This document shows, piece by piece, positions 10,601 through 21,010 of a DNA stretch of 32,000 bases. The stretch lies in assembly GCA_965227835.1 (NCBI GenBank), contig OZ245768.1, positions 1,350,001-1,382,000 on the forward strand. Reading direction: 5' to 3'. Position numbers and translations under genes: made by a program. The DNA comes from Candidatus Saccharimonadota bacterium. GTDB taxonomy: Bacteria > Patescibacteriota > Gracilibacteria > BD1-5 > UBA6164. The first letter of the stretch is position 1. Each line of letters opens with the position of its first letter. The notes beneath the pieces were generated by a model, which worked only from the letters and a program-made list of their open reading frames with translations, had not been told where the DNA came from and did no database searches.

Positions 10601-10840
10601 TATTTAGAACAAATAATAATTGCTTGAAAATCGAGATTACAACCTATAATAGTTACTACAGTTACAACTATTTTTGGTGTATTACCACTTGCTTTACAAG
10701 ATGAATTTTGGGCAGGTCTTGGATTCACTATAATATTTTGACTTTTTGTTTGAAGTTTTATGACACTTGTCGTTATTCCTATCTTGTATCAAATACTTGT
10801 TTTGGGTAGAAAAAAGAAAAAAAAGACTCATGTTTCTTAA
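7610..10840 (+). CDS. RND-superfamily efflux transporter (AcrB/AcrD/AcrF family); table 25
   Basis: I walked all 1076 codons: there is no TAA/TAG, and dozens of TGA. Track ORF 9074..9283 is an in-frame fragment. Hallmarks are the N-terminal TM followed by a large extracytoplasmic domain, LGIAIDTVIVIVEGASERM and LTGVVVNDAIILIDRIN (the conserved TM4/TM10-type motifs), and a two-fold repeat architecture. Confidence 0.9.
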
Positions 10841-10899
10841 AAAAAGGCTGAAAAGTATTTTTAAATCATTGGTAATTTTATTTCCTTAAAAACACTCTA

Positions 10900-11991
10900 A
10901 TGAAAATTACAATTATAATATTAATTTTAATCGCTTGATTTTGGTTTTTTTATGATATTGAAAAAAACAAATCTATAGAAGATGCTAAGAAAGAGATGTG
11001 ATTTGCAAAAGATAGCGACCAAAATTTAGAAAATCAACCTACTAGCAATGACCAAGAAGAAACAAAAGAAAATATTTCAAATAAATCAAAACCAAGCTAT
11101 AGTGTATCTAAACTTGATAATAGAAACTATATAGAAATAGATGATTTGTCTTCTAAAGTTGAGAATCTTACAGAGAGCATAAAAATTAGCTGAAAAATTC
11201 TTGATGAAAATGTGGAAAAAATTATTGTTAATTTTAAAAATACATCATCTAGCTATCCAAATGATAGATATATACTTAAAAATTTCAAAAAATCAGATAA
11301 AACATTTGAGTATAATGCAGAATCTAGACTTTATCACAATCTTGATTACGGAGAAAATATATATTTGATAGAAGCATATATTTGAGATGAGGTTTCAAGA
11401 GTTCAATTAACTATAAAAATACCAAAAGATTTTTGAGAAAATGAAGAAAAAGAAAACTATATACCTATAACAGACAAAATAACATATGATAAAAAAGTAA
11501 TTTGAAGTTGAGATGAGGTACTTTATTTAGGTATGCCTATTTCAAATACTTTTTGAAGACCTTTAAACTTATGAAACTGAGAAATAACATATTCAAATAT
11601 TTCTGGTCTTGTGATAAAAAAAGACAACTTTATAAAAAATGATATTAGAGATGACAATGTATGGAAAACAGATTCTAGTTGATATTTAAACAAAAACTTA
11701 GACTCTCCTTTTATATACTGGAACTCTTTTAGAAATATAGATTTAGATAATCCAAGCTATGGTTCTAGCTTTTATGTACTTAGAAAAAAAGATGATAAAT
11801 ATGTTTATGAAAAATACTATTTTGATTTTAGACACAATTTGAAATGAATTTTAGAGATTGAAAAATTTGACTCACTATGAGGTAGTGTATCTGTGGAAAT
11901 GAGTGAGTTAAATTGAGAACTTAGAAATAAAAACAAGGATTTTGAAATAGTAAAAATAACAGATTCTCTTTTTAGGGAGATAGTTAGGTAG
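10900..11991 (+). CDS. Hypothetical N-terminally membrane-anchored protein; table 25
   Basis: 363-codon ORF with TGA as sense, ending in TAG. It has an N-terminal TM (MKITIIILILIAGFWFF). No family recognised. Confidence 0.55.
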
Positions 11992-12053
11992 TTTATATCT
12001 TTCAATAATAATCTTTTGTTTTTTAAAGCTTTATTATTTTAAATTAAAAACTT

Positions 12054-12758
12054 ATGAGAGTACTACTTAAAATATCTTGAGAAGCATTAGCTTGAGATGA
12101 ACAGATATGAATAGATTATAATATGTTAAACAATATATGTGATACTATAGTAGAAATAGTTAAAAAAGGTGTTGAAATAGCTTTAGTTGTAGGAGCATGA
12201 AATTATGTAAGATGAGCAGATTTAGAAAAAATAGGTATAGATAGATGTAATGCCGATAATATGGGTATGCTTGCTGTCAATATGAATGCTATAGCTCTAG
12301 CAGATATTCTTGGTAAAAAAAATCTTGAAGTTAAGCAGGTAAGTTCATTTTCTATTGATTGAATAAGTGATAGATTTAATAAACCAAAAACAATAAAAAA
12401 CCTACAAAAATGATATGTTGTTGTATTTTGATGATGAACTTGAAATCCTTATTTTACAACCGATAGTGCTTGAGTTTTGAGAGCATTAGAGATAGAAGCT
12501 GATATGATGGTAAAAGCTACAAAAGTAAATTGAGTATATGATAAAGATCCAGAAAAACACAGTGATGCTAAACTTATAAAAAAAGCTAATTATGATGAGG
12601 TAATTACCAATGACCTAAGAGTTATGGATCCAACTGCAATAACTTTGGCTAAAGAAAATAATTTGGTTTTAAAAGTTGTTAGTATGTATAAAAAATGAGC
12701 TGTTTTAAAATCTATTTTTTGAGAAGATGAGGGAACAACTATTAGTAGAAAATCTTAA
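12054..12758 (+). CDS. pyrH: UMP kinase; table 25
   Basis: MRVLLKISGEAL..., [50 protein letters not shown]. Four of the invariant Gly in GGGTGNP are TGA (12429-12437 and 12441-12443). Confidence 0.92.
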
Positions 12759-12987
12759 AATTTATTCATTAAAAAGTAAAAAAATTAGTATTGATTTAGA
12801 TTTTTCTTGAGAGCAAAAAACAAAAGAAAATATTCAATGATTGTGAGAAAATGTATATGAAAGTGAAAATTGTGATTATATAATGTGATGTCATAAAATA
12901 GGTAATGTTGTATCTGGAGTATCTTGATTTGATAAACATACATTATGTCTTTTTAAATCAATTGACCCAAAACTTGAAGAGAACTAA
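12727..12987 (+). CDS. Small hypothetical ORF overlapping the pyrH 3' end by 32 nt; table 25
   Basis: 86 codons are open with TGA as sense. No recognisable family, so it may be spurious. Confidence 0.3.
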
Positions 12988-13038
12988 ATATTTTTTATAC
13001 TCTCTAAATGTATCTAACCAAGATTTTTAGCAAAATTT

Positions 13039-13066
13039 TTGACATAAGCCTAGTTTTTTATAGAAT
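13039..13066 (+). promoter_or_regulatory. Candidate promoter upstream of rpmH (TTGACA-N16-TAGAAT)
   Basis: Consensus -35 at 13039-13044 and a -10-like TAGAAT at 13061-13066, about 115 nt upstream of the rpmH ATG. Confidence 0.4.
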
Positions 13067-13182
13067 ACATCTACAAAAATTTTTTGAGTAAAAATTAGCA
13101 AAAAAGGATTATTTATTGTCTATATGTCAATTTTTCCACTCCTTTATTAAATAAAAGAATTAATTATTAAGTTAGCAAAACA

Positions 13183-13428
13183 ATGTTAGGAAAATTAAAA
13201 AAAAGAAAAAGACTAAGAGTTCATGGTTTTTTAAAAAGAAGCTCTAGTGTTTCTGGTAGAAAAATTTTAAAAAACAGAAGAAGAAAAGGTAGACACGAAC
13301 TTACAGTTTCTTATCCAAAAAGATATCAAGAAATTAACTGAAAACCAAGAATGCATATAATTGCTTGAGGTAAAGCTAAAAAAACACCTTTTGATGGTAA
13401 AGGTAATTATATTAAGAAAAAAAAATAG
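13183..13428 (+). CDS. rpmH: Ribosomal protein L34 with a C-terminal extension; table 25
   Basis: The core KRKRLRVHGFLKRSSSVSGRKILKNRRRKGRHELTVS matches L34. The frame continues through TGA at 13339-13341 and 13363-13365 to TAG 13426-13428, giving 81 aa against the usual ~45. Confidence 0.85.
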
Positions 13429-13437
13429 TATTTTTCT

Positions 13438-13806
13438 ATGATAAGCAAAAAATATAGATTAAAACAAAGAGAAGTTAGAAAGGTTTTAACATCAATAAAA
13501 CCTTTTTTTTCTTATGATTTTGTTTTGAAAACTAAAATAAATAAAAAAGATTTTAACAGATTTGCTATAGTTATATGATCTAAATCCGTTAAAAACAATG
13601 TTATAAGAAACTATTTTAGAAGATTTTTTTACAGATTTATTAAAAAAAGTTATCTATATATAGACTCCTTTAAATCTAAAAACAAATATGATTTAGTGTT
13701 TGTCTTGAAGAAACAAACTAAACTTGATAAATATGATAAAAAAACTATAGTTTCGTTTGAAAATAATTTAGTATTTTTAGAAAAGAAGCTCAGAAATAAT
13801 CTTTAA
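13438..13806 (+). CDS. rnpA: RNase P protein component; table 25
   Basis: Basic 122-aa protein directly after rpmH (KKYRLKQREVRKVL..., RFAIVIGSKSVKNNVIRNYFRRFF). The rpmH-rnpA-yidC synteny is conserved. Confidence 0.8.
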
Positions 13807-13817
13807 AAACAACACCT

Positions 13818-14993
13818 ATGAAAAAAATCCTAGATATAATAATAATATTTTTACTAATATTTTTAATAATATCACTTTTTAATAACGAAAGCTCAAACGA
13901 AAGAAAAAATGATTTCAATATAGTGTTTAAAACTTCAAAGACCTCTTATAATGTACCTGCTTGAGTAAAACTTGAAATTGAGAATAAGACAGATGAAAAA
14001 TTAAAAATAGATATATGCAGGGATTTAGAGATAAAATATATACAAACAGACAGTATTTTAAAATTTGATGAAAACTTTTGTAATTGAAATATTCTAGAAA
14101 TTAATCCTGATATGAAGTCTGAAGTTGATTATTCTAGTGTATATGAGGAATTCAAACAAAAATGAAATTATATAATTAAAAGTGATATAAACTGAGAAAA
14201 ATACTCAAGCTCTTTTGAAATAGAATCAAGGTGAGCATTTACCAAACTATTTATATATTTATTTTATGCTCCAGCATACAATCTAATTATATATTTAAGT
14301 GATATTTTTTCTGGAAACTTTGGTTGGGCAATAGTAGCTATAACTGTAATTATAAGAATATTACTTCTTTGGCCTCAACACAAAATGCTTGTATCTCAAA
14401 AAAAGCTTCAAGAAATTCAACCAAAAATAAAAAAAATACAGGAAGAATTTAAATGAAAACCTCAAATCTTAGGTCAAAAAATGATGGAGTTATACAAAAC
14501 TGAAAAAGTGAACCCTATGGGATCATGTGGATTTCTTCTTATACAAATGCCAATACTTCTTGTTATATATAATATAATACTATATATAGAAGATAAAAGT
14601 AGTGCTTATTATTTATATTGATTTATATCTGGTTTTGATTTATCTTCTATAAACTACATTTTTTACTGAGTAAATCTGCTACAATCAGGAGGAATTACTG
14701 GTTTAATTTTGGCTCTTAGTGTATGAATATTACAATATCTACAAATAAAGCTTTCCTACAAAAATAATCCCATAGCTAAAAATTCAATGATGCTTGAAAA
14801 GAAAAAATGAGCTAAAGATTATAGTAGTATGATGCCAGATCCAGAAACAATGCAGAAATTTATGCTTTATGGGATGCCAGCTATGATTATGGTTTTTACT
14901 TATAGTTTTCCTGCTTGATTATGATTATATTGGGGAATTACTACACTATTTATGATAATACAACAATTGGTAGTAAACAAAAACAAAAAATAG
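13818..14993 (+). CDS. yidC: Membrane protein insertase YidC; table 25
   Basis: 391 codons, checked for TAA/TAG. Motifs are [41 protein letters not shown]...[25 protein letters not shown], and a C-terminal [17 protein letters not shown]. Confidence 0.9.
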
Positions 14994-15016
14994 TCTAGTA
15001 AAAAAAACAATTTATA

Positions 15017-15045
15017 TTGACTTTTATCCTCAAAATATATAGACT
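15017..15045 (+). promoter_or_regulatory. Candidate promoter for the LPXTG gene (TTGACT-N17-TAGACT)
   Basis: The hexamers were read directly, 35 nt upstream of ATG 15080. Confidence 0.3.
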
Positions 15046-15079
15046 ACAACTTGTTTATTATAATTTATAACAATTAAAT

Positions 15080-15766
15080 ATGAAAAAAATTTTCTTCATA
15101 CTATCTGTGCTATTTATTTTTTCTTTAAATACTAGTTACTGATCATACGAAGAAGTGAGTTGTGACGTAGATAGTATTTTTTCTGAAAATTCTTGTAGCT
15201 CTTGTTTTGATTGAGGTGTCAAATCTGAGTGAGACAACCTAGGTCTTTTAACCAATATGTGGGTAAATAGTTCAAATAGTCTTATGTATATGCTTAAGTG
15301 AGAAAACCAGCTTGATTCTTCAGTTGAAATGATACCTTTAAATGGTTCTGCTTGGTCTTATGAACCAACAAAAGATGATTTTTGGGAATACAGCGAAAAT
15401 TTTGAAAAACTTACCCAAAATGAAGGTTTTTATACTCTTGAGCCTTGAAATAGTGTCGATTGGATTCAATCTAAGCTAGGTTATTCTATTAGATTAAATG
15501 AATCTTTAGAAGCATGAGAAAATATAGGACTTTTGAAATATATGTTAAATGTACATATGGACGAAGATTGAATACCTGCCGAATCAACTGTATCTCAAAG
15601 AGAATGTATACTTTTTAAGTCTTCTGGTGAAAGTAATGCTGAGCCAGTTACTCAAAAGGAAGTTTCAAAAAACCTACCCCAAACTTGACCACAAGAAGTT
15701 TTACTTTTATTTCTAGCTTTAATGCTATCAGGTTTATTGTTTTTTGTCTCTAAGAAAAAGTCTTAG
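15080..15766 (+). CDS. Secreted cell-wall-anchored protein with an LPQTG sortase sorting signal; table 25
   Basis: Signal peptide MKKIFFILSVLFIFSLNTSYG. The C-terminus is NLPQTG-PQEVLLLFLALMLSGLLFFV-SKKKS (motif, hydrophobic span, basic tail). The motif Gly is TGA (15686-15688). Confidence 0.75.
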
Positions 15767-15797
15767 GCTTGTAAATAATTATTTATAAATTAAAAAC

Positions 15798-15836
15798 AAA
15801 AAAAGTCTAGTCAAAATGCTAGACTTTTTTTGTTTT
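15798..15836 (+). terminator. Rho-independent terminator after the LPXTG gene
   Basis: AAAAAGTCTAG / CTAGACTTTTT stem with an 8-nt loop and a T-run. Confidence 0.6.
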
Positions 15837-15898
15837 CTTGTGTTACAATTTAGATGTTATTAAAAACGATAATATTTTAGCTTCTAACATAAACTTAT

Positions 15899-18193
15899 AT
15901 GTTTACTACTACAAAACTTATTAAACAATCATTTATTTATAGTATAAAAAATGATTTAGAATGAGGAGGTCAACTCATAACTGATGCTAATGATAATAAT
16001 ATAGTTACACCTGAAGAATTGCAAAAACTGGAAGATAGAATAAGAGGTTTAGAGTGAGAAAATGAACAATTAATTAAAGAAATAGAATCTATTAAAAATA
16101 TTTTTTGAGAAAACGGTATTAATCTAAATAATCCTACAAACAGAGAATATTTTGAAAAACTAGAATCAGACTATCAAGATGCTTTTCTTGCTATAAGAGA
16201 TAAATATTTTATTAAAAGAACAGAGGCAACTTGAAATACATCTACAGAACAAAGAGAATTTTATGAGGAACTTAGAAATCCTTTCTCAAGAAATATAAAT
16301 CTGCAAAATCCTCCTCTTGAATGAGAAGATATAAATTATCTTCTTAGATACCTAAACTCTAAATGATACAATACTTGATCTTTAAATTGATTTTGAGAAC
16401 AAGCTAAAAGTGCTCTATCTGAATTTCAAACTGATAATATGTGGGATATAAAAGATCAAGAACTTGTTGCTTGAAATGGATTAGGTGAAATGGATTTTGA
16501 TAGTAAAACTATGAAGTACATAGTTAAAGATATAAATGAAAATGGTTTTAACTATGAATCTGCTATAGAATATGGTATTGAAGCAAGTGAAGTACTTGCT
16601 AGCTTAAAAGGTCTAGATTCTTTCTTGTTAAGTTTAAGCGATGCTTACGGTTTACCAAGAGGTAAAACAGATCATACTAGTTATCGTATTATGAAATCTA
16701 ATCTAAGGAGAAGTTTTCCAGGTATAAGTAATGAAGATATGGTTAAAGCAATAAGATTAATAGATAGTTGAAAGCCATCAGCTTGATCAGCTTGACCTAA
16801 AGTGAATAAAATAGTTGAAATAATAAACTGAATGCCTTGAAATGTAAAACAAATGATGAAAGATATGTATATGTCTGAGTACACCACAGCTGAATGAATT
16901 AAAACTATTTTGGATGTACTAAATAATCCAAATATGGATACAGCAAATCTAAGAAGATTTACACACGAAGTTTACAGTTCAGGGGTTTTTTCCAGTATGC
17001 CAGATAGTGTAAAAGACTTAATAAAAGACTTCCAAAATTCACAAACTACTGAAGAAGCTAAAAATATAGTTAGTAAGATATATAAGATATCTTTAGAAGA
17101 GTATAGAGAAATAGAATCTGAAAATGCTCGTCATGAGTTATGAGAAGAAGAAATAAGAGAAGGTTATATTTGATATGCTTTATCAAATATTAATAAAAAA
17201 GACCCTAAAGAGAATATTTGAACTATAACTGATTGAAATAATAAATCTTACAATATAGTATTGGGTCGCTCAATATGAGGAACAGCCTATCTTGAAATAG
17301 CTTGATTTAAATGATTTAATCCAAAGGTAGATATTATGGAAGTTGATTCTTTAAGATCAAAAAGTCCTGAAGAACAAGAGAGGTTGGTTCGTGAATGAAT
17401 ATCTAAAATAAGAACTTCTCAATATGAAAAAAGAGAGGAAGAAATATCTAAATATAGAGAAGCACTTGCTTCTATTTGAGAAATAGCAAGTAGGTATGTA
17501 AATCTAGATGCGAAGTTTGATCAAATTAAAGGTAGTAACTTTGATTTACAATGAACTATAAATAGAGAAAGAGCTATAGATAAAGAAATATCTAGTAACG
17601 ATCAATTCGACGCAAATTCTTTATCTCAATTAGATAGTTCTCAGATAAATTCTTTGCAAGGAAGCTACTGACCAGAAATAGATATGGATAAACTTTGAGA
17701 TAAAACCTATATGCAAAACTATCTTGAAAAAATGTCTAGTGAAACTATAAATTGACACTCTTCTATTTTAGCTGGTGTTATAAGAGGTATAGAACAGCAT
17801 TACGGTATTACTTTTTCTGTTACTAAGTTCAAAAAAGCTTTCTTAAAAGCTTCTGCAGTAGAACAAGGAGAAATGCCTATGGTTTTAAGTACTACTTCTA
17901 AAAACGAAAACCAACAATTTGAATGAGAAATATGAGAAGGAGCTAGTTTATTCAAAATTAATATAAACTGAACAGATGTTTATTTCAGAGATAAACTCAC
18001 AAGTATAGTTACCAAAGTTAATGATATTCCTACCACAGTTAGTACAACTAGTTTACCTAATAGTGCATTTCCTAATGCTTATCCTTCAGGTTGAAATTGA
18101 GATTGAGATTGAGGATGATCATCTAGTAGCTGACCTGGTGGTAGTGCTTGAGTTGAATCAGGTTCATGATCATGAACATGATGAGATAAATAA
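15899..18193 (+). CDS. Large (764 aa) hypothetical protein with a peptidoglycan-binding-like motif and a Gly/Ser-rich C-terminal tail; table 25
   Basis: All codons were walked with no TAA/TAG; track ORFs 16490..16771 and 16910..17143 are in-frame fragments. GEDINYLLRYLNSKGYNTGSLNGFGEQAKSALSEFQ resembles the PG_binding_1 pattern (G.dV..LQ..L...GY...DG.FG..T..AV..FQ). The tail is GGNGDGDGGGSSSSGPGGSAGVESGSGSGTGG. No obvious signal peptide. Confidence 0.65.
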
Positions 18194-18222
18194 AACTTTC
18201 TTATATCATAATAAAAATAGAA

Positions 18223-18441
18223 ATGAAAAAAATTTTAATTGTTATTCTACTTTTATTGCTACTTTGCCTTGCGTCAATTGCATATATTTTCAAAGATAAA
18301 ATTTTTTTTAATTACAGTGAAAAAAACAACAGGGTAATTACAGAAGATTTAGAAACAAAAGAAAATATTAAAGTAGAATCAGTAAAAAATATAGAGCCTG
18401 TTTTATCTTGAGCAAGGCCTTGAATTTGATGATCAAAATAA
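18223..18441 (+). CDS. Small membrane-anchored hypothetical protein; table 25
   Basis: MKKILIVILLLLLLCLASIAYIF is a TM or signal anchor. The track ORF 18223..18411 reads through four TGA to TAA 18439-18441. Confidence 0.45.
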
Positions 18442-18469
18442 GATTTTGTTAAAATTTAAAACAAAAAAC

Positions 18470-18496
18470 TTGACAAATTTATTATATTTGTATAAT
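18470..18496 (+). promoter_or_regulatory. Candidate promoter (TTGACA-N15-TGTATAAT, extended -10) for the 691-aa secreted protein gene
   Basis: Consensus hexamers were read directly, 37 nt upstream of ATG 18533. Confidence 0.4.
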
Positions 18497-18532
18497 CTTA
18501 CTTATAAATTTATTATATAAGCAAATTAAAAA

Positions 18533-20608
18533 ATGAGAAAAATAATTTTAGTCTTATTTGCCTTTCTTTTAAGTACTTGATATTCATATTCTTATAGCCC
18601 CTGAGAAACTTTTTATCATTTTTATAACATAAAAAATAATTTTTCTTGTGGTATGGATATAACAAGGGTTAAAAAATGTTATGATGTAGAGAATGTATCT
18701 CCAGCTTGAGCTTCAGTTTTTAGTGAAGTATGGTTGAGATGAAGCTCTGTTACAAGTAGTGAAAATGAATATTGTTATGAATATGATCCCGATTATATAG
18801 TTCCAGCAGGAACCACAGACTCATGATGGGACATAACATTTTTTACAAATAGCAGTATAGATTCAGCAACAGTAAATTCTAGTTTTGAGTTCTCATTTAG
18901 TATAGATTGAAATTGTACAGATGATGGAAGTATAACAACTTCATTTTTTAAATCTACACTTATATCAGGTTGAGGATGAGATACATATAGGTGTAATGAT
19001 ATAGAAGTTTCTTGAAATACTGTAAAATGTATATGAAACTCCAAAGCACTATCTTTTTGACTTATATGTGATACTACCGAAACTGACCAAGCTTCAGATA
19101 TAGAACAATTCAAAGGTTTCTCTGTTGATTCAGATAACAATAACTATGCTAGTTTTGAATGTGATACTATAAACAAACCTATTTGTTATGTTTATCATTC
19201 CAATGCTACAAGTTATCAATGACAAGCTTGGAGGACAAGTCCTGCTTGTCAGTGGAGTGATGGTAGTTGTTGAAATTGAGTTATAGAGTGATGAGAGCAG
19301 TGTGAAAGAGCTGTAGATTCGGCTTGAAGATTATGAAGTTTTCCAGATTCTTGTAATCAAAATACCTGTCAAATGGATCTGACTACATACTCAAACGAAG
19401 GAGATATAGAATTTGGATGAGTTTATGATATGGTTATTTGACACAATGATAATCTATCTGAACTAAATAATCAGGTATATATGGTTAATAATTCAGATTA
19501 TACATTTAGTAATGATCTATTCAATGAAATATGTGTTACAGAAGCATGAGTATACAATTCTGATTGAACAGAGAGATTTGTAAACACTTGAGACAGTATA
19601 ACTACTCTTTGATCAACTAAATGTTCAGGTTTAAGTAGTCATTTTTATCCAGAGCAAAAAGTATTTTTAGATAAAACTTTCAATGATATAATTGCTGATA
19701 AAGATAAGGTTGATGGAGATGATTATGAAGATAATAATTTAGTTGTTACCATAAAAACAAATAGTAATGTTTCTCCTTATTCTCAAATACTAAATTGGTC
19801 AGATCATCTTACTTCTAAGTTTAGAGTTAGAGTTGCAAAACCAGCTGTGCAAACTACGGGGGCTACTAGCTTTACAAAAACTTGAGTTTCCTCTGATTCA
19901 AACAAAATAGCTGAAGAATGAGGAATAAATTTAGAATGATGAGAATCTAATGATTTAAAAAACAATAATGATGTATGAGTAGGTACAAAATCGAGTTCTT
20001 TTGAAAATACTGTTTCTACTACAAATACTTGAATTATAGAAGAAGCAGAAGAATATAGTGTTGATTCTTCTGATGTAATATACAATGATGTAATACCTGA
20101 TTCTATAGATGTAGATAGTTTATCTGATATAACAGATAATTATAATTGACTCCCAAATGTATTTATTATAAAAAATGCAGATGTAAGTTTATGAGAAACA
20201 AACCTAGATTTAGATGAATCAACTACATATATCATTGACTGATGAGATTTAAATATTAGCTGAAACATATATTCCAATCAAAATATAGCTTTTGTTTTGA
20301 GAAGTGGATGAGATATAAATATATGACAAGACGTTACCGAGATAGCTTGAACTTATATAGTTATACCTGATTCTATGGGGAATTGAAAAATTAACTGAGA
20401 AGAATCTGATAATCAGCTTTTGGTAAAATGATCTTTGTATTGAGATCTTTCCGATTTAATAGATAATAGATATAAGGTTACTGAAAACAACTGAGAATTA
20501 AGTTTTGGTACTGTGGTAAGCTTTTGATCAAAGGTTTTTCAAAAACCAGCTCCAATGGTAACTAGCTTTATAAATACTTATCTTAGTAGTTCAAAAGTAG
20601 CAAATTAA
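18533..20608 (+). CDS. Large (691 aa) Cys-rich secreted hypothetical protein; table 25
   Basis: All codons were walked, with TAA at 20606-20608. Signal peptide MRKIILVLFAFLLSTGYSYS. There are many Cys, and one CGNGVIEGGEQCE segment resembles the CGNG..E.GE.CD cysteine-rich repeat known from Myxococcales-type surface proteins. The C-terminal third has repetitive strand-like periodicity. Confidence 0.65.
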
Positions 20609-20636
20609 ATATAAATTAAAGATTGTAATTGTATTG

Positions 20637-20671
20637 AAAACTTCTAGCCTTAAAAAGCTAGAAGTTTTTTT
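20637..20671 (+). terminator. Rho-independent terminator after the Cys-rich protein gene
   Basis: AAAACTTCTAGC / GCTAGAAGTTTT stem with an 8-nt loop and a T-run. Confidence 0.7.
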
Positions 20672-21010
20672 AGTTTGTAATTTTTTGTTTGGGTTTTAGC
20701 TGAAAAGTTAGAGTTCCTTTGAAATATATCTCCTTTTAATTTTTAGTTTTTTACAAAATCTTTTCAAAAAGATTTGATATAAGTTCTAAAAATACTATCA
20801 TCTCTGAATTATTTTTTCATATTTTTTAAATTGTTCTTTAAAATTTAAAGTAAGATTAAATATTGCGAGTTAAAAGTTTGTCATATTTTGCCTTGAAATA
20901 TAGATATTTTTTTATTGGTAGATTTTTGCCTCGTAATATTTTTCAACCAAATACTGATTTTTTGCGAGGGAAAATTAGTATAAATAAACCTAAATAAAGG
21001 AGGTTAAAAA

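Noticed and set aside
12988-13182. A replication origin next to rpmH-rnpA-yidC
   Set aside because: That cluster is often origin-proximal, but dnaA/dnaN are not adjacent here (pyrH is upstream). I see at most one weak DnaA-box-like 9-mer (TTTTCCACT), which is insufficient evidence.
18021-18299. Track ORF encoding ...VEIEIEIEDD...
   Set aside because: It is an out-of-frame reading of the TGA-rich Gly tail of the 764-aa protein and of the intergenic region, and it bridges two real genes (ends at 18193, starts at 18223).
6838-20085. Minus-strand track ORFs 6838..7059, 7768..8019, 8797..9126, 11817..12005, 16681..16887, 18793..19140 and 19804..20085
   Set aside because: Each lies antisense to a long, motif-supported table-25 gene on the plus strand. 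They appear only because the plus-strand genes were not called under the standard code.
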